Of a stretch of DNA of 64,000 bases, positions 1-13,000 are shown piece by piece; the stretch's first letter is position 1; every line of letters starts with the position of its first letter. The stretch spans positions 583,084 to 647,083 of the forward strand of contig NMRA01000153.1 in assembly GCA_002633005.1 (NCBI GenBank), written 5' to 3'. A model generated the notes under the pieces. The model saw only the letters and a program-made list of their open reading frames with translations. It did not search any database and was not told the DNA's origin. The stretch is from Phoronis australis (Eukaryota; Animalia; Phoronida). A program made the translations under genes and the position numbers.

Positions 1-1805
1 GGCATGTTGGACCGCGTGCCTGTCTCACAAAACTTGCTGAAAAGGTGTCGCATGTCTGCATTTTTGGTACACTCCTGACTGGGCACCTTGTCAATATGAG
101 TGACCCCCCTGGCGGTAGACCTAACCAAGCCAAGGGCTGAAAGCCATGTCGACTGGTTGGTTTTTAGATACACTTATAGAATCGTTCAAATGTCTAACGT
201 ACGAGCGCCTGAAAGTGGCAAGTGCAGCACTGGAGGACGCTGTCTCACTGGACTCTGGGCAGCTCGTTCTTGCAAAATCGCTGACATTGCAGCAGCGATT
301 TGATCCGCCGTGATTCAGCGCTCGTAGACACGTAACCCGTCAAGTATTTACATGAGCGCGCGTAACAGTGAGTTGTAAAACCGAACGACATTGGCTAAGA
401 GTTAAAACTAAATTACGCGCTTAATTTTACGCTGTAAATAAATTACGCTCGTAATTTTAGGGCGTAATTAACGGCGTAATGTACATAATTACGCTCGTAT
501 TTTTCCGGCCCCACTTTCCCTCCAACGGCCCATCATACTAAGCTGTCCCGCAACGCCGTCTTGACGGTTACGCCTATTTCCATGTCCTGTTGAGGCCTTT
601 CGATTTTTGATAGGGTCGTTGCAGTTCATGCAACGTCTCTCCCCGTCCATGTTGATACCGAGCTGAATTGTTTCTAATGTATGTATATATTTTAATTTGT
701 AAGTCTGTATCATCGTGTTATCGTTGGTGTGCAAGCGCCGTGTAGTGGTTCAGTTCATTTTGTACGATATCTCAGCTAAATCTAAGTAGGAGATACTCTC
801 AGTACTCCGAGAGCGCTACGTACATTTTTAGGGATGCACTGGTATGCTGCCAATGCAGTACTTTATGGCGATTCGGAATGGCCAAATTCACGCTACGTTG
901 GTTGTCGTGCATGTAGAAAAATGGAACTGTACCAGTTCAGTTGCTTCCAGGATTTACGGTAACCATGTAGTTACAAGGGTCCAGTATGTTCGGATTATCA
1001 GTTATTAGTTTTAAGTTGAAAGTTATGGTTATGTTACATTTGTGCTGCTCTGTAATTTACATGAATTATTATTACTCAGTTGATATGTAAATAAATGTTT
1101 ACTGTATTTAGTAAAAACAGTTTCTTTGATTTTAATTAGTCGAGCACAAAACTGCCAATACACAACACAGAGATGCTGAAAATTGTACATAAATAATTCC
1201 CTCTCGTTTATCTAAGATACGCAACTTGTCATTGGCGGTAAAAGAATAAATATGTTATCGTTTCAGTCATTTTTTGTTCACAAAGAGCTCCAATAAGGTG
1301 CTCTGTCTGTCTGTTTTCTATATGTTGTGTATAGCTTGTAACAAAACAAGGAATCTGCGTTAATGCCTGCTGGTCAAGCGGCTTCAAAGTGACGGACAAA
1401 TTTTAACTTAAATTGTGTATTGCACATAAAAACGGCTTAGACCGAACGGAATCCGTTGACTGCGTCTCCGAAAAGATCTACTGTGGCCGCTAATATTCCC
1501 TTCTGAAGTTTTCGATTTCGGCGTGGCCTTAGTATCACTATGTAGGACTTTTAAGCTGAGGCACCACCGCACTCCTTATAAGGCCCAAAAGTCTGCCAGA
1601 ACAGACAATCCCAAAAGAGTTATTCGTGAGCTCCACCCCGACCATTAAGTAATCGTGAAATATCAAATGTGTTGACTAAATGCGGCTGTAAACCCGTGTT
1701 CTGTCCAAAACCCGAATTTTTTTTTAAACCACCCGCCGCTATGAAATTGATCTGTACATGTTCCTTGCTCTGGTAATGAGTGATAGCTGTGTTTGCAGAG
1801 AACTG

Positions 1806-2038
1806 GGGCCCGTTGCAAGAAAACTGACGTAGCTAAAACAAATCTTAAATTTAAGCCAATTTTAAGATAAAACTTAAATTTTCTCAAATCCATTTCAAGA
1901 AAGAGGTCTTAGGTTTGACTCAAGTTTTGCCTTAATTTGGCTATATTACCAGATATGAAAGTTTCAAAGTTTGGAAATTGAGACAAATCTTAGACTTAAG
2001 TTAATAATGAACTTAAGTCAGCTTCTTGGAACGGGCCC
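1806..2038. mobile_element. MITE, PIF/Harbinger-like (CWG target duplication)
   Basis: TIRs GGGCCCGTTGCAAGAA / TTCTTGGAACGGGCCC flanked by CTG on both sides. A diverged inverted copy lies at 18906-19142. Confidence 0.75.
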
Positions 2039-3253
2039 CTGGTCGCTTGTTATTCGTTGATACTATGGTCGGCTCGTAAAATGACACGTTGTGTATAGTA
2101 GAGGCTGATTTCAACCAATAACGAACTGACTTCTGTCGAAGCCCTGGAACCATTACCAATATGGTTAAGGTGGAATTTTAAACCAATTTCATAAAGTTAA
2201 GTGGTCAAAATCAAAAGTTAAGTTTTTGTACTGGAACAATTCAGGGTACGCTGTAATAGTTGTGAGACATGGATGTTCGCACAATCGTAACGGCGACGGC
2301 AATTTCAAACACATGAGAAACGTTGCCCTCGTAAATACGCCACAACAAATTCTAAAATTTTGTTAACCCGGTCAAAATGGTTGTGAAAGCTTTCGCCGAT
2401 ATCGTGCAAAACAATAACAGCATTTTTGCCTTCTGTTTTTAAGCCAGTCTCAGTCATATCAAATATTTGATTTACTGATTTTATGTTGCATCACCTCCTA
2501 GAGCACCTCGCGGACATCAACTTCTTATTTGCATTTTTTGTGAAGAAAGTGAAGTGCAAAAGTGAAAAATGAACCATAAAATAACCAAAGCCATCTTGAA
2601 AATCATGTATGGTACAAAATACATGTTTATTCTCCTGGAGCTATTACTAGAGTATTGTTTTTGGACATTATCACTGAACTCGAAATTTACCGTACAATTG
2701 TGCCTGGCAAAGTGAGATAGCAAGAAAAGCGAAACCCGGAGGTCACGTGGTTCACCAGGAAAGCGTACGGTCGTTTCAGTGTCTCGCAAATTTTTGCGAA
2801 AACTAAAGCAAAAGAACAACATAATCATGTTAAGAAATATTATTTATCGAAAAGCATCAAATAACTCGTGTAACGATTCAACTTCGCGCGTTTCATTTAT
2901 TTTGCCTGTTATGTGTTTTTACTGTAGCAATGGTTGGAGTTGGTATCATGTTTATGCTGTGCAGACGTTGCTGCCGGGATTGAACAAAAGACAAATTATA
3001 AGAACTCTTGTGTTATAAATATCAAAACTATATTGTATCCATCGGAGAGCATTATACAAAATAATGGTTTCCAAAGATAGCCCATTAATATTACAAATTT
3101 TGTAAAATATAGATATGGAATTGACTTTCAATTATTTTTAGCTGCGTACCACCAACTATACAATCATACACTCTGTCACATTGCCGCTAGAAGGAGTGGC
3201 ACTGTGCATCCTTGAGGTGGAAACTGGATGAGCAAACTGAGTTATCTCCCGTA

Positions 3254-3259
3254 TTTATT
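3254..3259 (-). promoter_or_regulatory. Candidate polyadenylation signal AATAAA for the nAChR mRNA
   Basis: First AATAAA I noticed on the minus strand after the stop codon, about 390 nt downstream. Further candidates lie near 2900 and 2630. Confidence 0.3.
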
Positions 3260-3650
3260 GACACTGTCGAAATATAATATTATGCTTAGTGACTGTTGTT
3301 ACACAGCCTATGATATTTTAGCAATTGTAATCGTTGTGTGTCTACTTCTCAATGAAAGTGCACATGACAAATACAGGATGTCAAGAGGGGAGCCGTTAAC
3401 ACTTGTGTCACAAGGACAGGCGATCCGGACATCATCTAAAGTTTGCCTTTTAACGAGAACCAGGGGTCCATTTCTTAACCGGTATGAAACTCGTGAGAAA
3501 AGATAGTGAGATCAGATGCTTCGCTTTGATGCATGGTGACATCTCGAGAATGCTCGTCTTGTCTCGCTAAACTCGCAAGAAGCTAGCCTTACGGAAGGCA
3601 GCCCTGACTTGCTTTAATGGACCGTCGAAGGCACTGCATTAAGGATACTA

Positions 3651-4010
3651 TCAGTCATAATCGGGCTTATAACCGAACACAAACGCTACCAAACAGATGC
3701 ATACAATCATAAAAACAAGAAGAAAAAATCTGTCTAATACCATGGCCACTAGGTGCCAGTCTTCTTCTAGTTTCTCGTTGGCCTGGCGCTCTTGACTGAC
3801 CCCTAGCAACTTTTCAGTGTTCTGTGCTATCTGCTGGAGGTCACGATTTCTAAAATCCCTGACTTTCGTGTAACCATTATGGTGGCCATTTATAGCCTCT
3901 TCACATGTGAATATGTGTCTAGTAAACTGGATGTTGCCATTTTCGTGTGCTTTCTCGTTACTGTAGACCGACTCTGTGGAGGGGTGTCGTCTGCGTTGAT
4001 AACCAGCTAC
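3651..4010 (-). CDS. nAChR coding exon 8 (cytoplasmic loop, MA helix, M4, stop)
   Basis: Acceptor gttcacag|GTA in phase 0; encodes [19 protein letters not shown]...YD followed by TGA. Confidence 0.92.
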   Translation of the reverse strand, partial: VAGYQRRRHPSTESVYSNEKAHENGNIQFTRHIFTCEEAINGHHNGYTKVRDFRNRDLQQIAQNTEKLLGVSQERQANEKLEEDWHLVAMVLDRFFLLVFMIVCICLVAFVFGYKPDYD

Positions 4011-7000
4011 CTGTGAACACGTAGAAGGTTGGCTAGTGCACACAATGATTTCAAAACGGAAACAGTTCTGATAATCCAACGTCCAAAATTTCATTTCTTT
4101 TCGTATTCGTCTGTTTCTCTGAAGCTGTTTATCGTATTTTTATGAAATTTGGTTAATAGCATTCTATTGAAACGATGACGTTTCTGTTTTCACCGGATGG
4201 GTTCGACATCTTTTGCGCCATCTAGTGGCAATTCTTTTCTGTTTTTAGTCTATTTTTGGCAACCGCCCCTGTATCAAACAAACCGCTCCCTTGTGAAAAT
4301 TAGCGCATATTATGTTCTTACCTAGGACCAATATTACTCCCAGGTTCTTACTGTGAAGAGGACGGTTGCTAACGACGATTTTCCGATGACTTCAATTACT
4401 ATGGCGCCTACTAGTGGCGGTTATGTTTTTGCGCCCATAGCCTCCTAGTGGCAATTTCATTTTTTCCGTTTTCCTCGATTTCTCAGAAGTTCCTTGACGG
4501 ATTTGTATGAAATTTGGTAAATAGCTTTGATAATACCAGTTTTCGAATGGATTTGACGTATTTTGCGCCATCCGTTGCTCTTGGTATTCGATTTCGCCAC
4601 GTCTCGCTCCTCAGAGAGCTTTCATCTTTCGGTAACGCAAAAAGAATACTGTCACAGGAAGGAATGTAGTAAAACCGATTTTATGCGAGTAAAATACCTA
4701 ATTCAATTTTCCTTTTTTTAGTCAGCTAATCATGGCGAAATGCACCTTTAATACTACGCCATCTTGACATTTCGAGCAAACTTACTGCTTTGTAAGAAGT
4801 ACAAGGCTCAGGCCATGTTGTCAACATTAGGAGAAAAAAACACGTTAAGCCACGTTGTACGGGGTCATTTCAATGGAATGTAGTTTACTTACTTTTCCCG
4901 ATGTCCAAAAGCCGTAACTCTTCACCAACTTCTTCTTGAAGACGATAACCGCCAGACAGTAAGCCAGTTTTTTCAGCCAATCGGGCACTTCTCTTCCGTG
5001 TGTTCCGCGATAGTACACGCCCAGAATCAACACTGTCGCACTCGATGACGCCGCCACTAGCATGATGGCCACGGCAAAAATCCAACCTTAGACAAAAAGT
5101 AAGAGTTGAATTTCATTTGGTAACCACGTGGCAGAAAACATGAAATGCTAGACAGAGTCTTACCGGGTACCTAACCTGATAATCGGGTTCTTTGTCCCAA
5201 GGACAGTGTTGAGTGTATTCTAGCCGTGTAAGCTGATACACTGACTGTTGCATGTATACTAAGTCATCACGAGAAGCGAAAACGTAAGATCACGCAAGTC
5301 TTTGCGAGATATCGCCATGTGAATTACAAGCAAGGCACATGATCACACTAGTTTTACTATCGAGATTCTAGACACATCACGCTCGCGAAAACACAAGATC
5401 ACGCAAGTCTGCTAGATATCACCATGCATTACAAGCAAAGCAACATGATAACACTAGCTTTACTCTCGAGATTCTTGCGTCTACGGAACTCGTGTACCCC
5501 AGGCTGAGTGATCTCTTAAATGCATTTCTTTGAATGCCAACTTATGGGACCGTTAATTCGTTGATCGCCCGAACGTTCCATACAAAAACATTAGGACATG
5601 GGCGGCGTAGCTCTGAAATTAGTGGGGTCTGTGTAGCTCACCCCACTGGCCAGCCCCCTATGATGCGCCGCCCATGTAGGACCGGGACTAAGAGTTCAGG
5701 GACAGTGAGTCCGAGCCTTTTTACACGGGATCCATTTCGGCCCATAGTTATAGTCCAAGAATGACCAATAAAAGAAGTACCCAGTCGCAAACTTACCTAT
5801 TAGCGGTATGGACTCCGAGCTGGCGGGCATGGACTCGGCTACGATTAGCATGAAGACAGTGAGCGACAGTAGAATAGTGATACTGAGTGACACCTTCTCT
5901 CCGGAAGCCGGCGGTAAGTAGAAGCCTACGATAGTTATGGCTGTGATGACGACACAAGGCAGAAGAAGATTGAATAAGTAGTACAGCGAGCGCCTCCGCA
6001 TGACGATAGTGAAGTCCAAGGTTGGATACGGTTCTGTGCAGCATGCGTAGTAAGCCACATTTCTGAAAAAGACAAGTCTGCTTTCTGAGATTTTTCGACT
6101 ACTTCTCTTCTGGGCTGGGAAAGATTTCTTTTCGGATGCAACTGAATATGTGAACCATCGCCTGCTACCTGGGGTGTGTTCAGCAGACGCGCAAAAATCT
6201 CCAGAAAAAACAATGAATACCACACACTTTAAGAAGGCAAATCAGATGTATGACGTTTCAAACGTTGGATCAGATGTCCAGTTTTCCTTCTGATAGTGCG
6301 AGTGAAATTACTTTGCTTGCATTCCGAGGCGGATCAACCGTTATTTTGCCAATTGGAACATTGCCGTGGTTCACCTAGAGACAATAGGGGATCATAACTT
6401 TGGCATATCAATGAGGGCATTTCCGTATAAATCCAGTAGGTATCTTCAATGAAAGTATTCGTCTGAGGAAATTGCGCTATACCCGGAACATCAGGACTGA
6501 ATTGCATGTGACCTTGGTAATATATTCATGCTATAGAAATAGACACCCAAGCAAAATATTTGCTTTCAACATATATAGTCATTTATTTTCAGCTAAATTT
6601 CGCTTATGTTTGGCTTCATTTTTAGCAAATTCAAACCAACCGAGATTACACACCGCGAATTTATGTAAAAAGTAATTAATATCCAAGGAAAGAAAGGGTC
6701 ATGGGCTCAAAAAAGAAAATTTCAGAAAATCTGAGCTTCTCTAGATTTTATTTGAATGTTTTGAGCTGAGTAACCACTGGTAATTTCAGCCAAAGCCAGA
6801 ACTCGCCAGCTAAAAAACATACACCGTTTCATTCCACACTTATAATGTGACTTATAAAAACCGCATTCGATTCATTGTGCATTGTCATGTGCCAAATGTG
6901 CGAGTTATTCGAGACGACTTCAACTACCGCACATGGCAAATCTTGGTCTGTCATTTTGACGACTTTCGATTTTCGATGCCTTTTGGTAATTTAAAACATC

Positions 7001-10000
7001 ATCTAACTTTCTTTAACGCTAGGGTACATTTGCCAAACCTGCACACCTACTTTCATAATCTATGGCCGATAGAATAAACGTCTTATATTTTACTTACTTT
7101 GAAATATCACCTAGTATCCGTAACTTTTTGGAAATTGCTTTGCATTCTTTGAGTGTAAATCAAATATTTTTACAAATCACTGATATATCATTGACCAAGA
7201 CAGTCCCTGTTATTTCGTTTTTGACCGTCAGAACATCTCGCGTACCCGTCGCGCCTGGTGCAGTGCTGTAGTGGTAAATTAAGAGGTAAGTAGGCGCCCA
7301 AAGCCCACCGTACCACTTTGAGCACTGAACGTAACTTACGATGCGTAGGCGCTACGTTCAAATGCCAAAAGGTGGTTGGCTGCGTCTACATGCGCCTACG
7401 CCCCACTACAGCACTGGCCTGGTGCCGGTAAGTTTCTTTGCGTACGCGCATGCAAAGTTTCAATTCACCAAGGGATTTGTCAGCGAGATAAGTTCGACAC
7501 TAGTTACAGGTATAAGGAGCATTTCAACTTCGAGATAGCTATTTTGATGCATTCAAAGAAATTGGTCAAAAATGTCATAGAAGCCTCAGGGTGGATTCGA
7601 ACTTGCTACACCTGTACTCGCAGACTAAGGCTCTGCTGGCAGACTTCTTAAGTTCTCTTGATAAGTGGTACAGAATTTTAAGTACAACTGCTAGTCACTG
7701 GTTTTGATTTCAGCAAATGTTTGGTAGACAACTACGAAAAAATCCAACGGATTTTCTTTTTTTACAGCCGTAGTCAAAGCTATTAAAGTATATCCAATCA
7801 AACAGTCAGCCGTAAAACCTATAATGTCCAACGGTCCCACCATCGAAGGCGACGCCGTTGCCAATCCCAGCACCAATGACAACAATGACAAAGACGATGC
7901 AGTCGAACTCACAAGGTACACGACTCAAACAACGGAAGATGACGTCACCCGCTGGGTGTGTAGGCCTACTGTGCCAGCGACAATGACGATACAATGAATT
8001 CCCCCGACATCAATGATTCTAGTCGTATTAGTCAACTGTTCCACTATTGGCGGGACCAAAGAGAGACTGTTATGCTATTTGAAGATGCGTTCATCCGCCC
8101 CGCCACTCCGTCAAAATNTCAAAGAAATTGGTCAAAAATGTCATAGAAGCGTGATTGTAAACAACCGCACGCGTGCTCAAGTGTACATCAAGAGCGTCTG
8201 GTGGATTTACGAGCGCAAAACAATTCGCCCGCAAAACGTGTCTCTAAGAAAACGACTTCTTCAGCAACTTTAACTGCGTTTTAATAAGTACACATATTTT
8301 GTTTCACATGCCGAGAATTTTGCTGTCGAATATACTTTTGGTCAACAAACCCTATATAAACCCAGTTACAAGTCTTTGAATATTGTGTAGCCCTGCAGGG
8401 TATCTGATGGCATGGCAAGCGTAAAAAAATTGAAACACATTTCCAAGTTCACGTCTGCACCTGAACACAACAGAAATGAAAGTGTTCGGAGGAGCGCCAC
8501 TTGGCGAAATCGACTGAAGAAATAAAACCCACCACAGAGACAATGACGCCAAGGACGATCACGATCTGTACACATGAACACCCACATACTAGAACACTCT
8601 GTACGGTAATACTGAGGACAACATCGAAGCGAATGAAAGCGCCAAAGACACCACGACCGAAGCATTGCGGGAACAGTGTAAACGCCTTCGACAATGACGT
8701 TTAAAGTGACATTATCGTCGGGAAAAGTACTTTTAAATTTATTCGATCAGCCTCAGGGTGGATTCCAACTTGCTACACCTGTACTCGCAGACTAAGGCTC
8801 TGCTGGCAGACTTCTTAAGTTCTCTTGATAAATGGTACAGAATTTTAAGTACAACTGCTAGTCACTGGATTTGATTTCAGCAAATGTTTGGTAGACAACT
8901 ACGAAAAAATCCAACGGATTTTCTTTTTTTACAGCCGTAGTCAAAGCTATTAAAGTCCATCCAATCAAACAGTCAGCCGTAAAACCTATAATGTCCAACG
9001 GTCCCACCATCGAAGGCGACGCCGTTGCCAATCCCAGCACCAATGACAACAATGACAAAGACGATGCAGTCGAACTCACAAGGTACACGACTCAAACAAC
9101 GGAAGATGACGTCACCCGCTGGGTGTGTAGGCCTACTGTGCCAGCGACAATGACGATACAATGAATTCCCCCGACATCAATGATTCTAGTCGTATTAGTC
9201 AACTGTTCCACTATTGGCGGGACCAAAGAGAGACTGTTATGCTATTTGAAGATGCGTTCATCCGCCCCGCCACTCCGTCAAAATGTCCTGCTTTTTGAAA
9301 TTGTCCCGCCTGTTACAAAAATGACGTGCTATCGTATATTACCGTTATTTCCCATGCGATATAGCCCTAATTTCCCGATGGATTAAAATGCTGTAGCGAA
9401 ATATTCCGTTTGGCNTCCAGGTTGGACTCGAAAGACCGGCTATTTAACTCACGCAATGTCTACTTTCGCTTTGTTTATCGCAGTGAGCCTCGCTTTGGAT
9501 CTTAATGGCCGCCGCGTGAATAGGGTCTATGGGCATTTAGTTGATGTTAGTACTTCGGGTTTCAAGTGTTCAGACATTGGGGCGTTTATTTCGAAAATTG
9601 CAAGAGATGCAAATAGGTCGAACGCTGGAATACATCGTCAAGGTTTGAAATAGTCCATGATGAACAGATCAAATTTAGTTGCGCGTGTAAGTCTTTTGAA
9701 TGGACTTGGTTGGCAACCTCAAGGGTCTTAGTGCCAACTGAGCTGCGAAACGAGATGCTGACATTGTAGAGGCTTACCAGCTCATTGACACAGCAGTTGA
9801 CGAAGTGCAAGCGTTGGGAACAAACATCGAAGATATCTGGGTAGAATGGTTCCAAGAGGAGCAAACCATTGAATCCAATGTACAGATTCCTCGGCAGTCT
9901 AGACACCAGAAGGATAGGACTAACGTATGGGGATTAAAAAGTGTCTAGAGAGAAGTTTTCAATTCAATTTTTTTTTGCATAGTACACTTTAGGTCTCGCA

Positions 10001-13000
10001 ACGGACCAGGCCAGCTTGATTTGTGTAGATGTTGAGTTTCAGTGTACATCTGGTCCCTCTGCAACCTCGTCCAGTATATCTTTGCACCACTGTGCACAGG
10101 ATGTTTTGGTTTCGTGAAACTGTTTTCAGATGATTTGTTTCCTGATACATTTGACGTTTTTCAATTGTTGTCAACGTGATTAATCTTAATAAAGTGATAC
10201 TTAATTATTTATTTTCGCTTTTAATAATAGACTATGAGCTGAGAGCACCATCGTTCGCCAGTGTTTCTCGTAACGAGACAGAACACATGTTTATTTCCGG
10301 ACTAACAGTACAGGTTTTCGTTCTTGAGGCTGCTGTTACGCGATAATCTGATATTCAAGTTTTTACGCCCCGTCGGTGCTCCTTATGCTCTTGAATATTT
10401 GGAAGCTGTCTAAACCCCTGTATACACACCACACTTTTTCGTATACGACTTTTCGTATGCTAAAAAGGTGTGTGTAAGCAGATGTTCCAACAAAAAAATT
10501 TTGCTGCTGGCGTGACTCATACCCAGATGTGCACAACAGGGTTTCACGAAACTTATGAACCAAGTTCATGTGACGAAATCGAGACGGGTTTTTCATTATC
10601 TTAAGAAAAACTCCAGAGACATGTCAAGTGCCAGAAACTTACCAGGATGCATGGAAATTTCACTATTTGGCTACAAAAACAAAAAAAGAATGTCTTACAC
10701 GGGAGGGGGGAAACCGCCCCTCTCGGCGTCACACACCTACGATTCGACCTTTGCGGGAATCCTAACCCCCCCCTTTACTGAAAACGTAGATCCGCCACTG
10801 CATTGTATTCGGATGTCCCGGTTTTCAACCAATGTCTCTTCCATTTTACACTCTTTCACAGTGCTAGGAAATGTAACACTGTTAAATTTTCTTTAGCATG
10901 GCTTCTCATTGGTTAAAGTAATGAGACCCACGTCATAACATTCAGTCATTCCCATTGGTTGAAATCTGAGAAACCCCGCTCAGTTCACATTTACCGAGTA
11001 GGGCGACCACCTAAGTTTGACTTCAATAGTTACATTTTATTAAAACGGACAGGGATCGATGTAAACAAAATCAAGGAAAAACCCCGACCCAGTGGCTTAA
11101 GCCCAAACAAGTACAGTATATAAAGACGTGAGCAAGTGGTGGCGATGTTATCGGTATACTTCCGACCAAGGCATGCGCATTGATGCCCACACACGTAATT
11201 CCGTGTGTCGTTCATCATGTTTCTGCAGGGCCAATTACAGTATAGGTGGCGCTGTGTTAGAGGGTACTTCCATTCTAGAATATTAGTAGGTATGCCTTTT
11301 TTATTGACGGTGCCACCAACAATGCAGTTATCGTTGACTACGACATGGACGATTATTGATTGAACTCATAGGTCAAACAATGCATGCCCTTTCTACGAGC
11401 ATGAGGGCGCCATGCTAAACCATGCTTGTAACCTCGCGGTCAGTATGATATGAATGTGGAACGATCCCCTGGGCAATGTTAGTTTATATCGACCAGCATT
11501 TTTTTCTCAATCAAAGTCAGTAGTGGACTGGATTCAGTTGGGATACACACATAACTCAGCTCCGGATGTTGTCGCAGTAGTGAAAATGGGCTTGATTAGT
11601 ATTCGGAACACTTTTCGAAGTCTCAACTACTGGACTGGGCTCCGTAGACCTACAGACGTTTGCTTTTGCAGCAAAAAATCTTCATAGAACGGAAACATTG
11701 ACTTCATCCCATAATTCAAAATTTCAACTTCGCCAACCATCCCTTCAGTGGCCATCATTTTGTAGTATTGAAATTCATAGCATACTCGTGAATGAATCAC
11801 TTACCTTTCACTCGCGAGATTTTGCGTGGTTTTGCGCGATCTCACTTTTCTCGCAAGAAACTTCGTTTTCACATTTGAGGGGAAATTTGAAGATACTAAA
11901 ATAGCCGAGGTTGTCCGCATGGGGTTTGATGGGACAAAGCCATTACTCGCAAAACACTTAAAACTGGACCTAACAGTTATTTTGTATTCCTCAAGCTATG
12001 GTTTGAAGAGCATCTTGTGCAGAGACTAACCCACAATGAAACAAGATTTATTTTTAAGTCACATAAGATGAGGCGTACATAACAAATAACACATGCTTGA
12101 TAATTTTCCTCTATTGATATCACAGTTCACGACCCGCCAGTACTGCTTTCATTAATGTTGCACTCCTCAGAGTTGATGTATTCCACTGGCAACAAAAAGT
12201 CGATTTCGCCGCACTGCTGCACTTGTTGAACCCGGATATATATTTATTGAAAAATACACAGAACAAACACAAAAATAATGACAAACCCAGAAATCGCAAA
12301 GCCTTGTATCTGGGTTGTAGACAATTCATAGATGGACGTAATACACATAGAGGTGTATACATGTAAGTGACATCTAATATAAATATTCCAATATTTAGAT
12401 ATGCTGTTACGAACGTATATCATAAACCCGGATCCTAGATAGGCCCTGGGCTTTTTCCACAGGAGGCTTATAACACCAGTTCACTGACCATTTTTTGGGG
12501 GGATTTTGTTTTGCTGTTTTTGATACCACAAACTAACGTATTCTATAAAAGCAATAAGTCTTGTGTTCAAACTACCGCATTGTCAGGAAATTTGAATTTT
12601 AAATTTGTCTAATTCTGCAAAGTTTACAAAAAATAGAACACTTTATAAACAATGAAATTAGATACTGAAAATAATGGGTCTCCTTATTTCTTCATTTTAA
12701 AATGAAAATTTAAAACAAATTTCTGAATAAATAAAGATCACTATAAACCCTTGTTCCGTCAAACAAATGACTTTTGATTTAGACCAGTTGTCACTACAAA
12801 TTTGACACTAAAGTTTTCCTTACTCAGATTAGAGACAATCATGCCGGCGCTCGGGAAAAACCAACTGTTTGTTATTTCTTCAGACCGAGCTCGTGAGATT
12901 TCGCGAAATCACGCGTGACTTGAAATTTTCTGAACTTCCTCTAAAAAAATTGTTAGCTGTCAGTTCTTCCAGAGCGCGGAGGTCACAACATAAATCCAAA

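Noticed and set aside
7691-9161. Duplicated small ORFs suggesting a tandem gene pair or LTRs
   Set aside because: They are explained by the haplotype-like duplication at the N; there are no TG..CA ends, primer-binding site or internal retroviral coding sequence.
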